Source: Dehalococcoidia bacterium
Lineage (GTDB): Bacteria; Chloroflexota; Dehalococcoidia; Bin125
Direction: 5' to 3'
Assembly (NCBI GenBank): GCA_963663235.2
Contig: CAXXNO010000006.1
Coordinates: forward strand, 96,001 to 160,000
DNA: 64,000 nucleotides
This document shows, piece by piece, positions 1 through 9,690 of the stretch. The notes under the pieces are model-generated. The model was not told where the DNA came from, searched no databases, and saw only the letters and a program-made list of their open reading frames with translations. Numbering within the stretch: position 1 is the stretch's first letter; each line of letters starts with the position of its first letter. Position numbers and translations under genes: made by a program.

Positions 1-2
1 CG

Positions 3-542
3 GCTCGTCAGGAGCGCATAAGCGTGGAGACAACGGGCGACGACGCCCGGAGCAAGATTGAGGCCGAGGACGGGAAGCTTTACGGCGGCACCATCAAGGA
101 TCCCCGAGAACTCCGAAACCTGCAGGAGGAGATCTTCGCGCTGCGCCGGACGCTCAAGGCGCAGGAGGACGACCTGCTGACGCGTATCGAAGAGGAGGAG
201 GGGGCGGATGTGGCCGGAGCGCACGTGCAAGGGCTGGTGAAGGCTACGACCGTCGCCTGGGAGGCGGAGCAGCAGGAGTTAGAGAAGCGACGCGCGGAGC
301 TGACCACCGAGGCAGCGGGCGTCCAGGCTGAGATCAAGACGCACCGCGCCGAGATCCAGCCGGAGGGGCTCGCTGCCTATGACAGCCAGCGCCGCATCAT
401 GCCGGTCGCCATCGCGCGCGTGCAAGGAGGCGCATGCAGCGGCTGTCGGCTGACGCTGCCGATCTACGCCATCAACCGAGCGCGACGCGGGCAGGCTGCG
501 GTGCGGTGTCCGTCCTGCCAGCGGATCCTGTACGTGGCGTAG
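3..542 (+). CDS. Coiled-coil protein with C-terminal C4 zinc ribbon (DUF164/CT398-like), probably 5'-truncated by the window
   Basis: Long charged helix then CSGCRL...CPSCQRIL; frame is open to the window edge. Confidence 0.85.
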   Translation, partial: ARQERISVETTGDDARSKIEAEDGKLYGGTIKDPRELRNLQEEIFALRRTLKAQEDDLLTRIEEEEGADVAGAHVQGLVKATTVAWEAEQQELEKRRAELTTEAAGVQAEIKTHRAEIQPEGLAAYDSQRRIMPVAIARVQGGACSGCRLTLPIYAINRARRGQAAVRCPSCQRILYVA

Positions 543-549
543 AGTCACG

Positions 550-1965
550 ATGCACGCCGTCGGCTACTTCAGCGAGAGCCGCCCGAGCGAGCAGGCCTGC
601 TCGCTCTCCGACCAAAACGATGCCTTCCTGGACACTTGCAGGCAACAGGGCTATGAGCCTACGGCCTCCTTTCTCGATACCGCTCTCGACGGCGACCGCC
701 CCGGCTTTGAGCAACTCCTCAACTACCTCGGCCGGCCCGACCGCGGCTTCATCGTGGTGGTCGTTATGGCGTTCGCGCACTTGGGGGCGGCACAGATCGA
801 AGCGGCGCGCACGTACTACCAACTGATCGCGCGCGGCGCCAAAGTGGTCAGCATCAAGGAAGGGCCGCTGGATGAGGCGCGATTGCTGGAACTCTGGGCG
901 GCAGCGAGCCCCACGGACGCGATGCGGGAGCGGGTCCGCAATGCCATGCGCCGGCGCGCGGTATCCGGCCAGGTCCTGGGACGTCCCGCGTACGGCTATC
1001 GCGTGGGGCCGGACCGACGCCTGGAGTTGGTGGAAGAGGAAGCGGTGGTGGTGCGCCATATTTTCTCGCTGTACTTGCAGGAGGGGCTGGGAGTCCGGCG
1101 TATCGCCAAGCGACTCAACGAGGATGGCTTCCAGACCCGTCGCCGGGCCAACTGGAGCATGGTCACCATCCGCGACATCCTGCGCAATCGGGTGTACCTG
1201 GGCACCTACGCCCGCTTCGGCGTTCGAGTGCCCGGCAGTCACCCGGCGATCGTGAGCGAGGAGGATTTCCGCAAGGTCCAACAGGGGTTGGAACGCCGTC
1301 GCACGGTGGCGGCGCCCGCCACGCGCAGCAATTATCTCCTTTCGGGGCTGGCGCACTGCGATGCCTGCGGGAATCGAATGATCGGCGTTTCACGCCGCCA
1401 GCAATGGACCCGTGGCAACGGCGAGACCGTCAAGCAGACCTACCGCTATTACCAGTGCGAATCGAGAACGAATCAGTCGATGTGCGATTACCACACGCGT
1501 CGCGCCGACGAGCTGGAGGCGGAGGTGGTGGCGCACGTGACGGGGGCGGAGCCGGGCGCACGGCGGCCGTCGGTCATCAGCGCAGGCAACGCGGACGCCG
1601 TGGCGGCGGAGACGGCAACGGCGACGGCGCGCGTCCGTGGACGTCTGCGGCTTCTCGATCGACGCCTCTCCGAGCAACTCACGCGGGCGGCGGCCGGCCA
1701 GCTCTCGCGCGATCGGCTCCGCGCGATCGCCGACTCCCTGGTCGCCGAGCACCAGGATGCGGAGGAGGAGTTGCGCGGGCACCACGACCGGGCGTCGCTG
1801 CAGGTGTCGGCTATCGCCCGCCGCCAGCATCAAGAGCGGCAGGTGGAGCGCATCCGCGGCGAATGGTCTCGTCTCTCCTTTGCCGCGCGGCAGGCGATGG
1901 TGCGCGATCTCGTTGAGAAGGTCGTCGTCAGCGATGACGAGGTCACGACGGTGCTGCGCCCATGA
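550..1965 (+). CDS. Large serine recombinase-family protein (resolvase + recombinase + Zn ribbon + coiled coil) with degenerate catalytic motifs
   Basis: DRPGF, G-R-P-AYGY, ILRNRVYLG, HPAIVSEE, YLLSGLAHCDACG, YYQC; YxRxS reads YFSES and DRLxR reads AHLGA. Confidence 0.9.
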   Translation: MHAVGYFSESRPSEQACSLSDQNDAFLDTCRQQGYEPTASFLDTALDGDRPGFEQLLNYLGRPDRGFIVVVVMAFAHLGAAQIEAARTYYQLIARGAKVVSIKEGPLDEARLLELWAAASPTDAMRERVRNAMRRRAVSGQVLGRPAYGYRVGPDRRLELVEEEAVVVRHIFSLYLQEGLGVRRIAKRLNEDGFQTRRRANWSMVTIRDILRNRVYLGTYARFGVRVPGSHPAIVSEEDFRKVQQGLERRRTVAAPATRSNYLLSGLAHCDACGNRMIGVSRRQQWTRGNGETVKQTYRYYQCESRTNQSMCDYHTRRADELEAEVVAHVTGAEPGARRPSVISAGNADAVAAETATATARVRGRLRLLDRRLSEQLTRAAAGQLSRDRLRAIADSLVAEHQDAEEELRGHHDRASLQVSAIARRQHQERQVERIRGEWSRLSFAARQAMVRDLVEKVVVSDDEVTTVLRP

Positions 1966-1975
1966 CCGCCCTCTC

Positions 1976-2389
1976 GTGCGGCTAGTCGCTTACGCGGACG
2001 GCGCCTCGCGCGGCAACCCGGGGCCGGCCGCCTATGGTGGTGCTCTCTACAGCGAAGCGGGGGTGGAAGTGCGTGCCGTGGCGCGGGCGATCGGTCGCGG
2101 GACCAACAACGATGCGGAGTATCAGGCCGCCATCGCGGTGCTCGAAGCGGCGCTGGAGATGCAGGCCACGGAGGTCGAGTTGCGCTTGGACTCGGAGTTG
2201 GTGGTGCGGCAAATCACCGGGATCTACCGGGTCCGCAGCGAACGGTTGCGCGGCTACTACGATCGGGTCTTGGCGCTCATAGAGCAACTGGAGCGTTTCC
2301 ACGTGCATCACATCCCGCGCGAGCAGAACCGCCGCGCCGACGCACTGGCGAACGGGGCGCTGGATGGCCGGCCCGCGAGCGCACCGTAG
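1976..2389 (+). CDS. rnhA: Ribonuclease HI family protein
   Basis: YADGASRGNPG, TNNDAEY, LDSELVVRQ, HIPREQNRRADALAN; GTG start inferred. Confidence 0.9.
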   Translation: MRLVAYADGASRGNPGPAAYGGALYSEAGVEVRAVARAIGRGTNNDAEYQAAIAVLEAALEMQATEVELRLDSELVVRQITGIYRVRSERLRGYYDRVLALIEQLERFHVHHIPREQNRRADALANGALDGRPASAP

Positions 2390-2402
2390 CGGAGCCGTAG
2401 TA
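2325..2402 (+). repeat. 78-bp direct repeat, copy 1 (rnhA 3' end)
   Basis: Matches 3799-3876 with one mismatch. Confidence 0.95.
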
Positions 2403-2761
2403 CGCAGCATTCCATATCGATGAGAATCGACGGCTGACAGGCCGTGCTGTTTACATCTGGACACACTGGTAACTAGGGTTTCGTCTGTCGTCCAATGAAA
2501 GGGCGTGCCAACGACTCCGTTGGCAATTGGTTGGCAACGACGTGCCTACGTCCGCGCCGGCAACGCGTCTTACCGCCGCTGGCTTCTCCGACGCGCGTGA
2601 ATGATCGCCTCTGCCTTCGTCTCTGTGGGCAGCAATCCATCGGTGCTGCAGCGGGGCTCGCGGAGTTCGTCTTCGCTGGCGTCTCCTCGCTTCGGCATGG
2701 CCGACGCTACGGTATACTCGCGCTCCCTCAGTTCTGACAGAGTCCTCTGAAGGAGACTCTC

Positions 2762-3545
2762 ATGTCCGCCAGCGTATCTGACATCGAACTGCACGGCCCA
2801 GGCGGCGGCGCACGCCGGGGGAACAAGATCGAAGCCAAGGAGTTGTCGGCGACCTTCACGGTGACCGTGGATACCGATGGTTGCTACGCGATCTTCGTCT
2901 CCCTCTGGGAAGATGACGACAACTTGCTGTGGTTCTTGAATCCAGACGAGAAGGGCCTGGGATACGAGAAACGCAATCGAATGCCACTGCCTAACGGCGG
3001 GCGAGGCCCAGGAGTTCGAGATTGGGGCGACCGCGTCGGAGGACCCCGCCGAACCCCCGGCGCCGGACCCGGACTCCAGCGTCATCCCTCTGGCGCCGAT
3101 GAAGGGGAATTGGCCCAAGTCGGATGCGGGAGGGGAAATCGAGTTGCGCCTCGAAGTAGAGGTCAAGCTCTGCACGCCGAATTGTGGCAAGGAGTGTGAT
3201 GACTACAACTACTTTACGGATAGTTTCGGCGATCCAGTCGGCAAGGGAAGCTCGGAGCTGGTGGACATCCCTCTTCCCGGCGGCAAGGAGCCGCATGAAA
3301 TCATGAAAGAGGCCGTCAAGGCGGCTGCCCCATCGGTCATCGGCGAGTTGATGAAGTCTACCCGTTCGGAAGAAGCGACTGAGGCCGTGTCTGCAGATCT
3401 CGCGTGGAGAGAAGGCGTGTCGAAGCAATTGAGGGCCCTCCAGCGAAGCGTCCGGGCGACGGAGGAGCGCATGATCTCGGAGCGCGCGAGAGTGAAGCGC
3501 GCTCGCTCCGAACGTCGTAGGCGGAGGCCCCGTGAACGAAGCTAA
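2762..3545 (+). pseudogene. Hypothetical gene in the 1.4 kb insert, apparently frameshifted near 2965
   Basis: ORF 2762 has a GGAG SD; the acidic, Cys-containing sequence continues in the +1 frame (AIECHCLTAGEAQEFEIG...MKGNWPK) to the stop at 3545. Confidence 0.55.
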
Positions 3546-3798
3546 GTCCGACGAGAGAGCTGCGTAGCCCACGTCGGCCAGGACCAGCGTCTAGATCCGC
3601 GCTGACAATGTCCGCAGAGTCGTAGGCCGTGGGGTGTTGCGCTACGACGAGGGGAAGAGGAAAGGGGGGTCGGAGGCCGGCTGGGGGCGCTAGGGCTTCT
3701 GGCTTCGACGTGACGGGTGGCATGGGGCTCTCCACGCTGGACCCGTTGCTGGGCCGTGTGCAGGTGCGATTGGTGTGCATCCAGACGTGCCACCCTGT

Positions 3799-3876
3799 AG
3801 AACCGCCGCGCCGACGCCCTGGCGAACGGGGCGCTGGATGGCCGGCCCGCGAGCGCACCGTAGCGGAGCCGTAGTA
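3799..3876 (+). repeat. 78-bp direct repeat, copy 2 (stranded rnhA 3' end, directly upstream of rnpB)
   Basis: Matches 2325-2402 and runs into TAGGAT, a candidate -10 box of rnpB. Confidence 0.95.
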
Positions 3877-3886
3877 GGATCAAGAC

Positions 3887-4258
3887 GGGCCAGGTGGCCG
3901 GGTGGCTGCGGTCCTTCCGGCAGTGGAAGGGCTGAGGAAAGTCCGAGCTCCACCGAGACGGGGCGCTGGGTAACACCCAGGAGGGGCGACCCTACGGAAA
4001 GCGCCACAGAAACATACCGCCCTTCCCGAAGGGGAAGGGCAAGGGTGAAATGGTGCGGTAAGAGCGCACCAGCGGCCGGGCGACCGGCCGGCTGGGCAAG
4101 CCCCGCCCGGAGCAAGACCACGTAGGAGGGCTATGGGAGTCTCGGCCCGCCCTCGGGTAGGTCGCTTGAGGCGGCGGGTAACTGTCGTCCTAGATAGATG
4201 GCCACCCCCTGTCGCTACGGCGGCGGGGACAGAACTCGGCTTACAGGCCACCTGGCCC
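3887..4258 (+). ncRNA. rnpB: RNase P RNA
   Basis: GAGGAAAGTCC, GGAAAGCGCCACAGAAA, GGTAAGAGCGCACC, ACAGAACTCGGCTTA; ends GGGCCAGGTGGCC / GGCCACCTGGCCC pair as P1. Confidence 0.97.
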
Positions 4259-4280
4259 ACTTCTCTTTCAGGCGAAGGCC

Positions 4281-5822
4281 GTGCCTAGGGCTGCCGTGGG
4301 CCGTGCGTTGCCCGATTTGCTGAATGCGACGCGGGTGCTGGCGGTGCATGGGCGGCCGCCGGCCCAGCCCGCGTCCCAGCTGAGCCAGGACTCGCGCGAG
4401 ATTGCTCCGGGGGCCTGCTTCGTGGCGGTGCCCGGCTTCCACGTCGACGGGCACGCGTACCTGGAGGAGGCGCTGGCGGCGGGAGCGGCGGCGGTGGTGG
4501 TGCAGGCCGATCGCCGGGCGTTGTGGGAGCCGCTCCTCGCGCGACCGCAGATCACAGTGGTCGAGGTTCCCGATACCCGCGCGGCGCTGGCGGACCTGGC
4601 CGCGGCCTTCCATGGATTTCCCGCTCGCTCGCTCACCGTGGTCGGCGTCACGGGCACCGACGGCAAGAGCACCACCAGTTATCTCATCTCCTCGATTCTC
4701 GAGGCGGCCGGAGGCCGCACCGGAATGATTAGCGGCGTGCAGTTCAAGGTCGGTGGCGAGTGGCGGATGAACGACCTCACCCAGACCAGTCCAGAGGCAC
4801 CGCTGGTGCAGGCGCTCCTGGCAGAGATGGTCGAGGCTCGTGTGACGCATGCCATCATCGAGTCGACGTCGCACGGGCTGGCGCTCCACCGGCTGGACCA
4901 CTGCGAGTACGACGTTGCGGTGTTCACCGGTCTGAGCGACGACCATTTGGATTTCCACGAAACGCGTGAGGCGTATATCGCGGCCAAGGCGGGTCTCTTT
5001 GCCGCCCTCGATCAGGCGTGCGACAAGGGCGTGCCGAAGCGCGGCGTCGTCAATGCGGACGATCCCCATGCCGGCGCGATGCAGGCGGCCACCCGAGCGT
5101 CGCTCATTCGCGTTGCTCTTGACGCGCCGGCGGTGGATGTCACCGCCACCGATCTCATGGAGGGGGCGGACGGCACGGAGTTTCTCTTGGTGACCGACGT
5201 GGGAGACGCGCGTGTCGACCTGCCGCTGCCGGGTCGGTTCAACGTGCGCAACGCCCTCGCTGCCGCGGGCGCCGGCCGTGCGCTGGGTGTTGCCCCCGAG
5301 GTGATTGCGCGCGGCCTCTCGAGCGTCGGCGGCGTGCCGGGGCGGATGGAGCGGATCGACGGCGGGCAGCCCTTTACCGTCGTCGTCGATGCGGCCGCAA
5401 CGACTGACGCGTTCCGTGTCGTGCTCGGCTCGATCAAGCCGCTCGTGACCGGGCGCCTGATCGCGGTTTTCGGCTGTGCCGGCGAGCGCGATCCCGGCCG
5501 CCGGCCGGGGATGGGCCGCGCCGCGGCGGAATACGCCGATTACACGGTGATCACGAGCGAGAATCCGCGCTCGGAAGAGCCGGGCGCCATCGTGCGGGAG
5601 ATCGCCGTGGCGATGGAGGGCGCCGGGCGCCGGACAGGCGTCGATTTTGAGGAGGAGCCCGACCGCCGGTCGGCCATCGCGCGGGCTCTGGAGTTGGCCG
5701 AAGCGAACGATTACGTCCTGATCGCCGGCAAGGGCGCCGAGCAGTCGCTCATCGTGGGCGACAGCGTGCAGCCCTGGGACGACCGCACCGTCACGCGCGA
5801 GTTGCTCGCCCAGCGTGGGTGA
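4281..5822 (+). CDS. murE: UDP-MurNAc-dipeptide diamino acid ligase
   Basis: DSR, GVTGTDGKSTT, ESTSHGL, DHLDFH, VPGRME, FGCAGERD, ENPR, IAGKG; exact start uncertain. Confidence 0.9.
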   Translation: MPRAAVGRALPDLLNATRVLAVHGRPPAQPASQLSQDSREIAPGACFVAVPGFHVDGHAYLEEALAAGAAAVVVQADRRALWEPLLARPQITVVEVPDTRAALADLAAAFHGFPARSLTVVGVTGTDGKSTTSYLISSILEAAGGRTGMISGVQFKVGGEWRMNDLTQTSPEAPLVQALLAEMVEARVTHAIIESTSHGLALHRLDHCEYDVAVFTGLSDDHLDFHETREAYIAAKAGLFAALDQACDKGVPKRGVVNADDPHAGAMQAATRASLIRVALDAPAVDVTATDLMEGADGTEFLLVTDVGDARVDLPLPGRFNVRNALAAAGAGRALGVAPEVIARGLSSVGGVPGRMERIDGGQPFTVVVDAAATTDAFRVVLGSIKPLVTGRLIAVFGCAGERDPGRRPGMGRAAAEYADYTVITSENPRSEEPGAIVREIAVAMEGAGRRTGVDFEEEPDRRSAIARALELAEANDYVLIAGKGAEQSLIVGDSVQPWDDRTVTRELLAQRG

Positions 5823-5892
5823 GGCGGCACAGGCGGAGCGGCGCAGCGCGGGCGGATGCAGTACTCTCGCCCGAACGAAGAGAGGGAGGCGC

Positions 5893-7245
5893 ATGGACCG
5901 GGCTACCTACGAGGAATTGGTCGCGCTGGACACGGCGCATTGGGTGCATCCACTCAATCATCCGGCGTCGCAAACGCAGCCGATTCTGATCGAGAGCGGC
6001 GAGGGCATCTACCTCAATAGCGCCGACGGCAAGCGCTACATCGACGGGCTCTCCGGGCTGTGGAACGTTGGGGTGGGGCATGGCCGGACCGAGCTGGCGG
6101 AGGCGGCCGCCCAGCAGATGGGCAAGATCGGCTTTAACAGCAATTACGCCGGCTATTCCAACGAGCCGGCGATCCGCCTGGTCAAGCGGCTGGTCGATCT
6201 GACATACGACAACATGAGCGCGGTGTTCTTGGCCAACACCGGCTCCGACTGCAACGAGTCCAATTTCAAAGCGGCCCGGTTCTACTGGGAAGTGAAGGGC
6301 AAGCCAGGCAAGGACAAGATCATCAGCCGGGCCCAGGGATACCACGGGACCACAATGGCTGCGATGAGCGCGACTGGCATGAACGTCTACTGGGACATGT
6401 TCGAGCCGCGCGTCGCGGAGATCACCTCGGCGCAATGTGCCTTCCGCCCGGAATGTGCCATGTGCCGACTGGCCGGCGAGTGCAACGGGTGTCTGGACGC
6501 CATCGTGGAGGCGATCGAGCGGGCGGGACCGGACAGCGTGGCCGCGATCATTTCGGAGCCGGTGCAGGGCGCCGGCGGCGTCTACCCGCCGGAGGCGGAC
6601 TACTTTCCTCGACTGCGCGAGATCTGCGACCGCTACGAGATCTTGTTGATCGCGGACGAGGTCATCACCGGGTTCGGCCGCACGGGGAAATGGTTCGCGC
6701 TGGAGCACTGGGGTGTGCAGCCAGACATGATTTCGCTGTCCAAACAGATCACGAGCGGCTACGTGCCTCTGGGCGCCGCCGTCTGGTCCAGAGAGGTCCA
6801 CGAGACAATCGTCAGCAGCGATCCGAACCGCAAGTTCATGCACGCGTACACCACGAGCGGGCATCCCGTGACCGCCGCCGTCGCGCTGCGAAATCTGCAG
6901 ATCATCGAAGAGGAGAACCTGGTCCAGAACGCGGCCGAGCGCGGCGCGCAACTCCTCGCGGGCCTGCAATCGATGACGGAACTGCCGTACGTCGGGCACG
7001 CCCGCGGGTTGGGGCTGATGTGCGGCATCGAACTGCTGGAGGACCCGGAAGCTGAAACCCGGTTCGACCCGACGCGTGGCCTGGGCGCCAAATTGATAAA
7101 TGCCATGAAAACACGGGGCCTGATCACCCGCTTCCGCAACGACAACGTGGTGTTCGCCCCGCCCCTGATCATCACTGCCCAGCAGGTGGACGATATTCTG
7201 GCGATCGTGCGGGATAGCGTGAAAGAGGTAACAGCCGAGCTCTAG
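5893..7245 (+). CDS. Class III PLP aminotransferase (omega-transaminase type)
   Basis: YIDGLSGLW, GYHG, EPVQGAGG, LIADEVITGFGRTG, SKQITSGY. Confidence 0.9.
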   Translation: MDRATYEELVALDTAHWVHPLNHPASQTQPILIESGEGIYLNSADGKRYIDGLSGLWNVGVGHGRTELAEAAAQQMGKIGFNSNYAGYSNEPAIRLVKRLVDLTYDNMSAVFLANTGSDCNESNFKAARFYWEVKGKPGKDKIISRAQGYHGTTMAAMSATGMNVYWDMFEPRVAEITSAQCAFRPECAMCRLAGECNGCLDAIVEAIERAGPDSVAAIISEPVQGAGGVYPPEADYFPRLREICDRYEILLIADEVITGFGRTGKWFALEHWGVQPDMISLSKQITSGYVPLGAAVWSREVHETIVSSDPNRKFMHAYTTSGHPVTAAVALRNLQIIEEENLVQNAAERGAQLLAGLQSMTELPYVGHARGLGLMCGIELLEDPEAETRFDPTRGLGAKLINAMKTRGLITRFRNDNVVFAPPLIITAQQVDDILAIVRDSVKEVTAEL

Positions 7246-7323
7246 CCATCCGCCCGGCCACGGTCCGTTGCCAAGGCCTCGAGCGGGGTGGTAGCGTGGC
7301 TGTAGGAAAGGAGGTGATGCTCG

Positions 7324-7401
7324 TTGAGACATAGTGGTTTAGATCGAGGAAGTTGGGTCCGGAGCATCGCCCGCCTTCACCTAGAGGTGAGCGCGGGCTA
7401 G
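7324..7401 (+). CDS. Putative 25-aa small protein MRHSGLDRGSWVRSIARLHLEVSAG
   Basis: SD GAAAGGAGGTGAT at 7306-7318, TTG start, TAG stop, hairpin immediately downstream. Confidence 0.5.
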   Translation: MRHSGLDRGSWVRSIARLHLEVSAG

Positions 7402-7424
7402 GCGACAGGCTCAGCAAGGACAAC

Positions 7425-7460
7425 AGCGACGCCCCCACCATCGTGGTGGGGGCGTTTGCT
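7425..7460 (+). terminator. GC-rich hairpin, probable intrinsic terminator
   Basis: GACGCCCCCACCA-TCG-TGGTGGGGGCGTT followed by TGCTT. Confidence 0.7.
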
Positions 7461-7492
7461 TGTCCGCCGCAGCGCCACCTACCGTTGAGGCC

Positions 7493-8299
7493 ATGAACGC
7501 GACGCTCGATGTCGAGGCGATGCGAGCGAGGCTCCGTACCCGCGTGATTGCCCGCCGGTTCATCTACCGCGAGCGGACCGGTTCCACCATGGACGACGCT
7601 CGGGAGGCCGCGCTGGCGGGCGCGGCCGCTGGGACGGCGATCTTGGCCGAGGAGCAGAGCGCCGGTCGCGGGACTCACGGTCGCGGCTGGGTGTCACCGC
7701 CGGGGCAGAATATCTACTGCACCATCGTGCTGCGGCCCACGGCGCAGAAGGCGCGCCGGCTGAGCATGGTGACGCCTGTGGCCATCGCCACCGCCGTGGA
7801 GCAGATGTTGGGTCTCTTCCCACGGATCAAGTGGCCCAACGATCTCCGGCTGAGCGGCAAGAAGTTCGCCGGCATCCTTATCGAGACGGAATGGAGCGGC
7901 AGCCGGCCGCTCTACGCGCTGGTCGGCGTTGGCATCAACGTGAACTTCGACCCGGCCGCCTATGAGGCGGCGATCGCGCAGCCGGCGACCAGCCTGGCGC
8001 TGGAGCGCGGGAGGCCGATTCAGCGCGAGCCGTTGCTGGCGGCGACGTTCAGCGCCTTCGAACGCGCGTATGAGGGCGCCGAGAGCGATGCTCTTTTCGA
8101 TGGTTGGCGCGCGCGGCTCGAGACGCTGGGACGGTCCATTGCGGTAAACACGAGCACGGGCGCGCTCGAAGGGGTCGCGGAAGCCGTCGGGGAGGATGGG
8201 TCGCTGCTGGTGCGGCGCGCGGACGGCGTGCTTGTCCCGCTCAGCGCCGCCGAGGTGATGGCTGCACCAGGAGACGTGGCGGAGTCGCTGCGGAGCTAG
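7493..8299 (+). CDS. birA: Biotin--[acetyl-CoA-carboxylase] ligase without HTH
   Basis: GSTMD, AEEQSAGRGTHGRGW, IKWPND, KFAGIL, GVGINV. Confidence 0.93.
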   Translation: MNATLDVEAMRARLRTRVIARRFIYRERTGSTMDDAREAALAGAAAGTAILAEEQSAGRGTHGRGWVSPPGQNIYCTIVLRPTAQKARRLSMVTPVAIATAVEQMLGLFPRIKWPNDLRLSGKKFAGILIETEWSGSRPLYALVGVGINVNFDPAAYEAAIAQPATSLALERGRPIQREPLLAATFSAFERAYEGAESDALFDGWRARLETLGRSIAVNTSTGALEGVAEAVGEDGSLLVRRADGVLVPLSAAEVMAAPGDVAESLRS

Positions 8300-9690
8300 A
8301 GCGGGGCCTGGGGTTGCGGTTCGCGGGCCGGCGGCGGGCCCTGCTCCGGCTGTTCCAGGGGCTCGACGATCAGGCAGAGTCCTTCCATCGCCAGCACCCG
8401 CACGCGCGTGTCGGCGGGAATCGGGGAACCGACGCTTCGTGCCGTCCAGAGTTCGGAGTCGATGAGCACGGTGCCTTCTGGGGCCAATGGTGTACGCGTT
8501 CGGCCCTCGTGCCCAACGAGTCGCTCGGTCAGGCCGGGCTGCCGGTGATGCTCACGGCGGGCGCCCAGGACCACCAGCCATGCACCGATGAGCGTGGCCA
8601 CGACCCCAACGCCGACTCCAGCCAGCACCCACAGCGACACTTGCTCTGCATCCGGCGCATCCGAAATCAGAAGGATTCCGCCCAAGATCAACGCCACGAT
8701 GCCGCCGATCCCAAATACACCGAATCCGGCCGCGAATACTTCGGCGAGGAAGAGCACGAATGCGAGCAGAACGAGGACGATGCCGGCCGGGTTCGTGTCC
8801 AACGTGCCCAACGAGAAAAAGGCCAGCACCATCGCGATGACGCCAAAAACTCCAGGTGCGATGAGACTGAACCCGCTGAGGATCTCGATAAAGATCGCCA
8901 GCCCGCCGAGGCTGAGCAGCAGGAAGGCGATGTTCGGGTCGCTGAGCAGGTCGAGGAAGCTCTCGAAGAACGTCATGTTGGTCTCGACGCGGGGGGCGCC
9001 GGCGGTGTGGATGGTGACGAGTTGCTTCCCCGGCGCCAGCTCCACCTCCCGGCCATCGATCTGGGCGAGGAGGTCGTCCAGATCGGTGGCGATGAGGTCG
9101 ATCACGTTGAGCTCGAGGGCCTCGCTCGACGTGGCCGAGATCGCCTCGCGGACGGCGCGCTCGGCCCAGTCGGCGTTGCGGCCGCGCAGCTCCGCGATCG
9201 CGCGGATGTCGGCAGCGGCGTCGTTGGTGATTTTGTCGCCCAGGGCGCCTTCGATGTCCTCACCGCCGCCGCCGATCGGCGTAGCGGCGCCGATCTGCGT
9301 GCTGGGGGCCATCGCCGCGATGTGGCCCGCCATCGTGATGAACGTGCCCGCGGAGGCGGCGCGAGCGCCCAGCGGGCTGACAAACACGGCGACGGGGACG
9401 GTGGAGGCCTCGATCCGCTGGACGATGTCGTCGGTGGCGCTGATCAGGCCGCCGGGTGTGTCGAGTTGAATCACGGCCACCGTGGCGCGGGTGTCCCCCG
9501 CTCGGTCCAAGGCGCGGTCGAGGAAGTCCGCCGTCACAGGGTTGATGTCACCGTCGATGGTGATGACATGGACGGCACCGTCTGGGGCGTCGTCGCCGCC
9601 GCAGGCGAACGCGACCAGCCCCAGCAGCAGGAGGAGGCCGGAGAAGCCACGCCGCACGTGACGTGCTGGCGGAAGACGAGATCCCGTCAC
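8296..9690 (-). CDS. NfeD-family membrane-bound ClpP-class protease
   Basis: LDTPGG, AASAG, MAPSTQIGAA, TM block, C-terminal OB fold (GTVLIDSELWTA); GTG start with GGAGG SD. Confidence 0.88.
   Translation of the reverse strand: MTGSRLPPARHVRRGFSGLLLLLGLVAFACGGDDAPDGAVHVITIDGDINPVTADFLDRALDRAGDTRATVAVIQLDTPGGLISATDDIVQRIEASTVPVAVFVSPLGARAASAGTFITMAGHIAAMAPSTQIGAATPIGGGGEDIEGALGDKITNDAAADIRAIAELRGRNADWAERAVREAISATSSEALELNVIDLIATDLDDLLAQIDGREVELAPGKQLVTIHTAGAPRVETNMTFFESFLDLLSDPNIAFLLLSLGGLAIFIEILSGFSLIAPGVFGVIAMVLAFFSLGTLDTNPAGIVLVLLAFVLFLAEVFAAGFGVFGIGGIVALILGGILLISDAPDAEQVSLWVLAGVGVGVVATLIGAWLVVLGARREHHRQPGLTERLVGHEGRTRTPLAPEGTVLIDSELWTARSVGSPIPADTRVRVLAMEGLCLIVEPLEQPEQGPPPAREPQPQAPL

Noticed and set aside
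550-3876. Prophage or ICE anchored by the serine recombinase
   Set aside because: No phage or conjugation genes; the recombinase lies outside the direct repeats and lacks catalytic arginines.
5893-7245. Aminotransferase as bioA because it precedes birA
   Set aside because: Only generic class III motifs, no other bio genes, and a hairpin separates it from birA.
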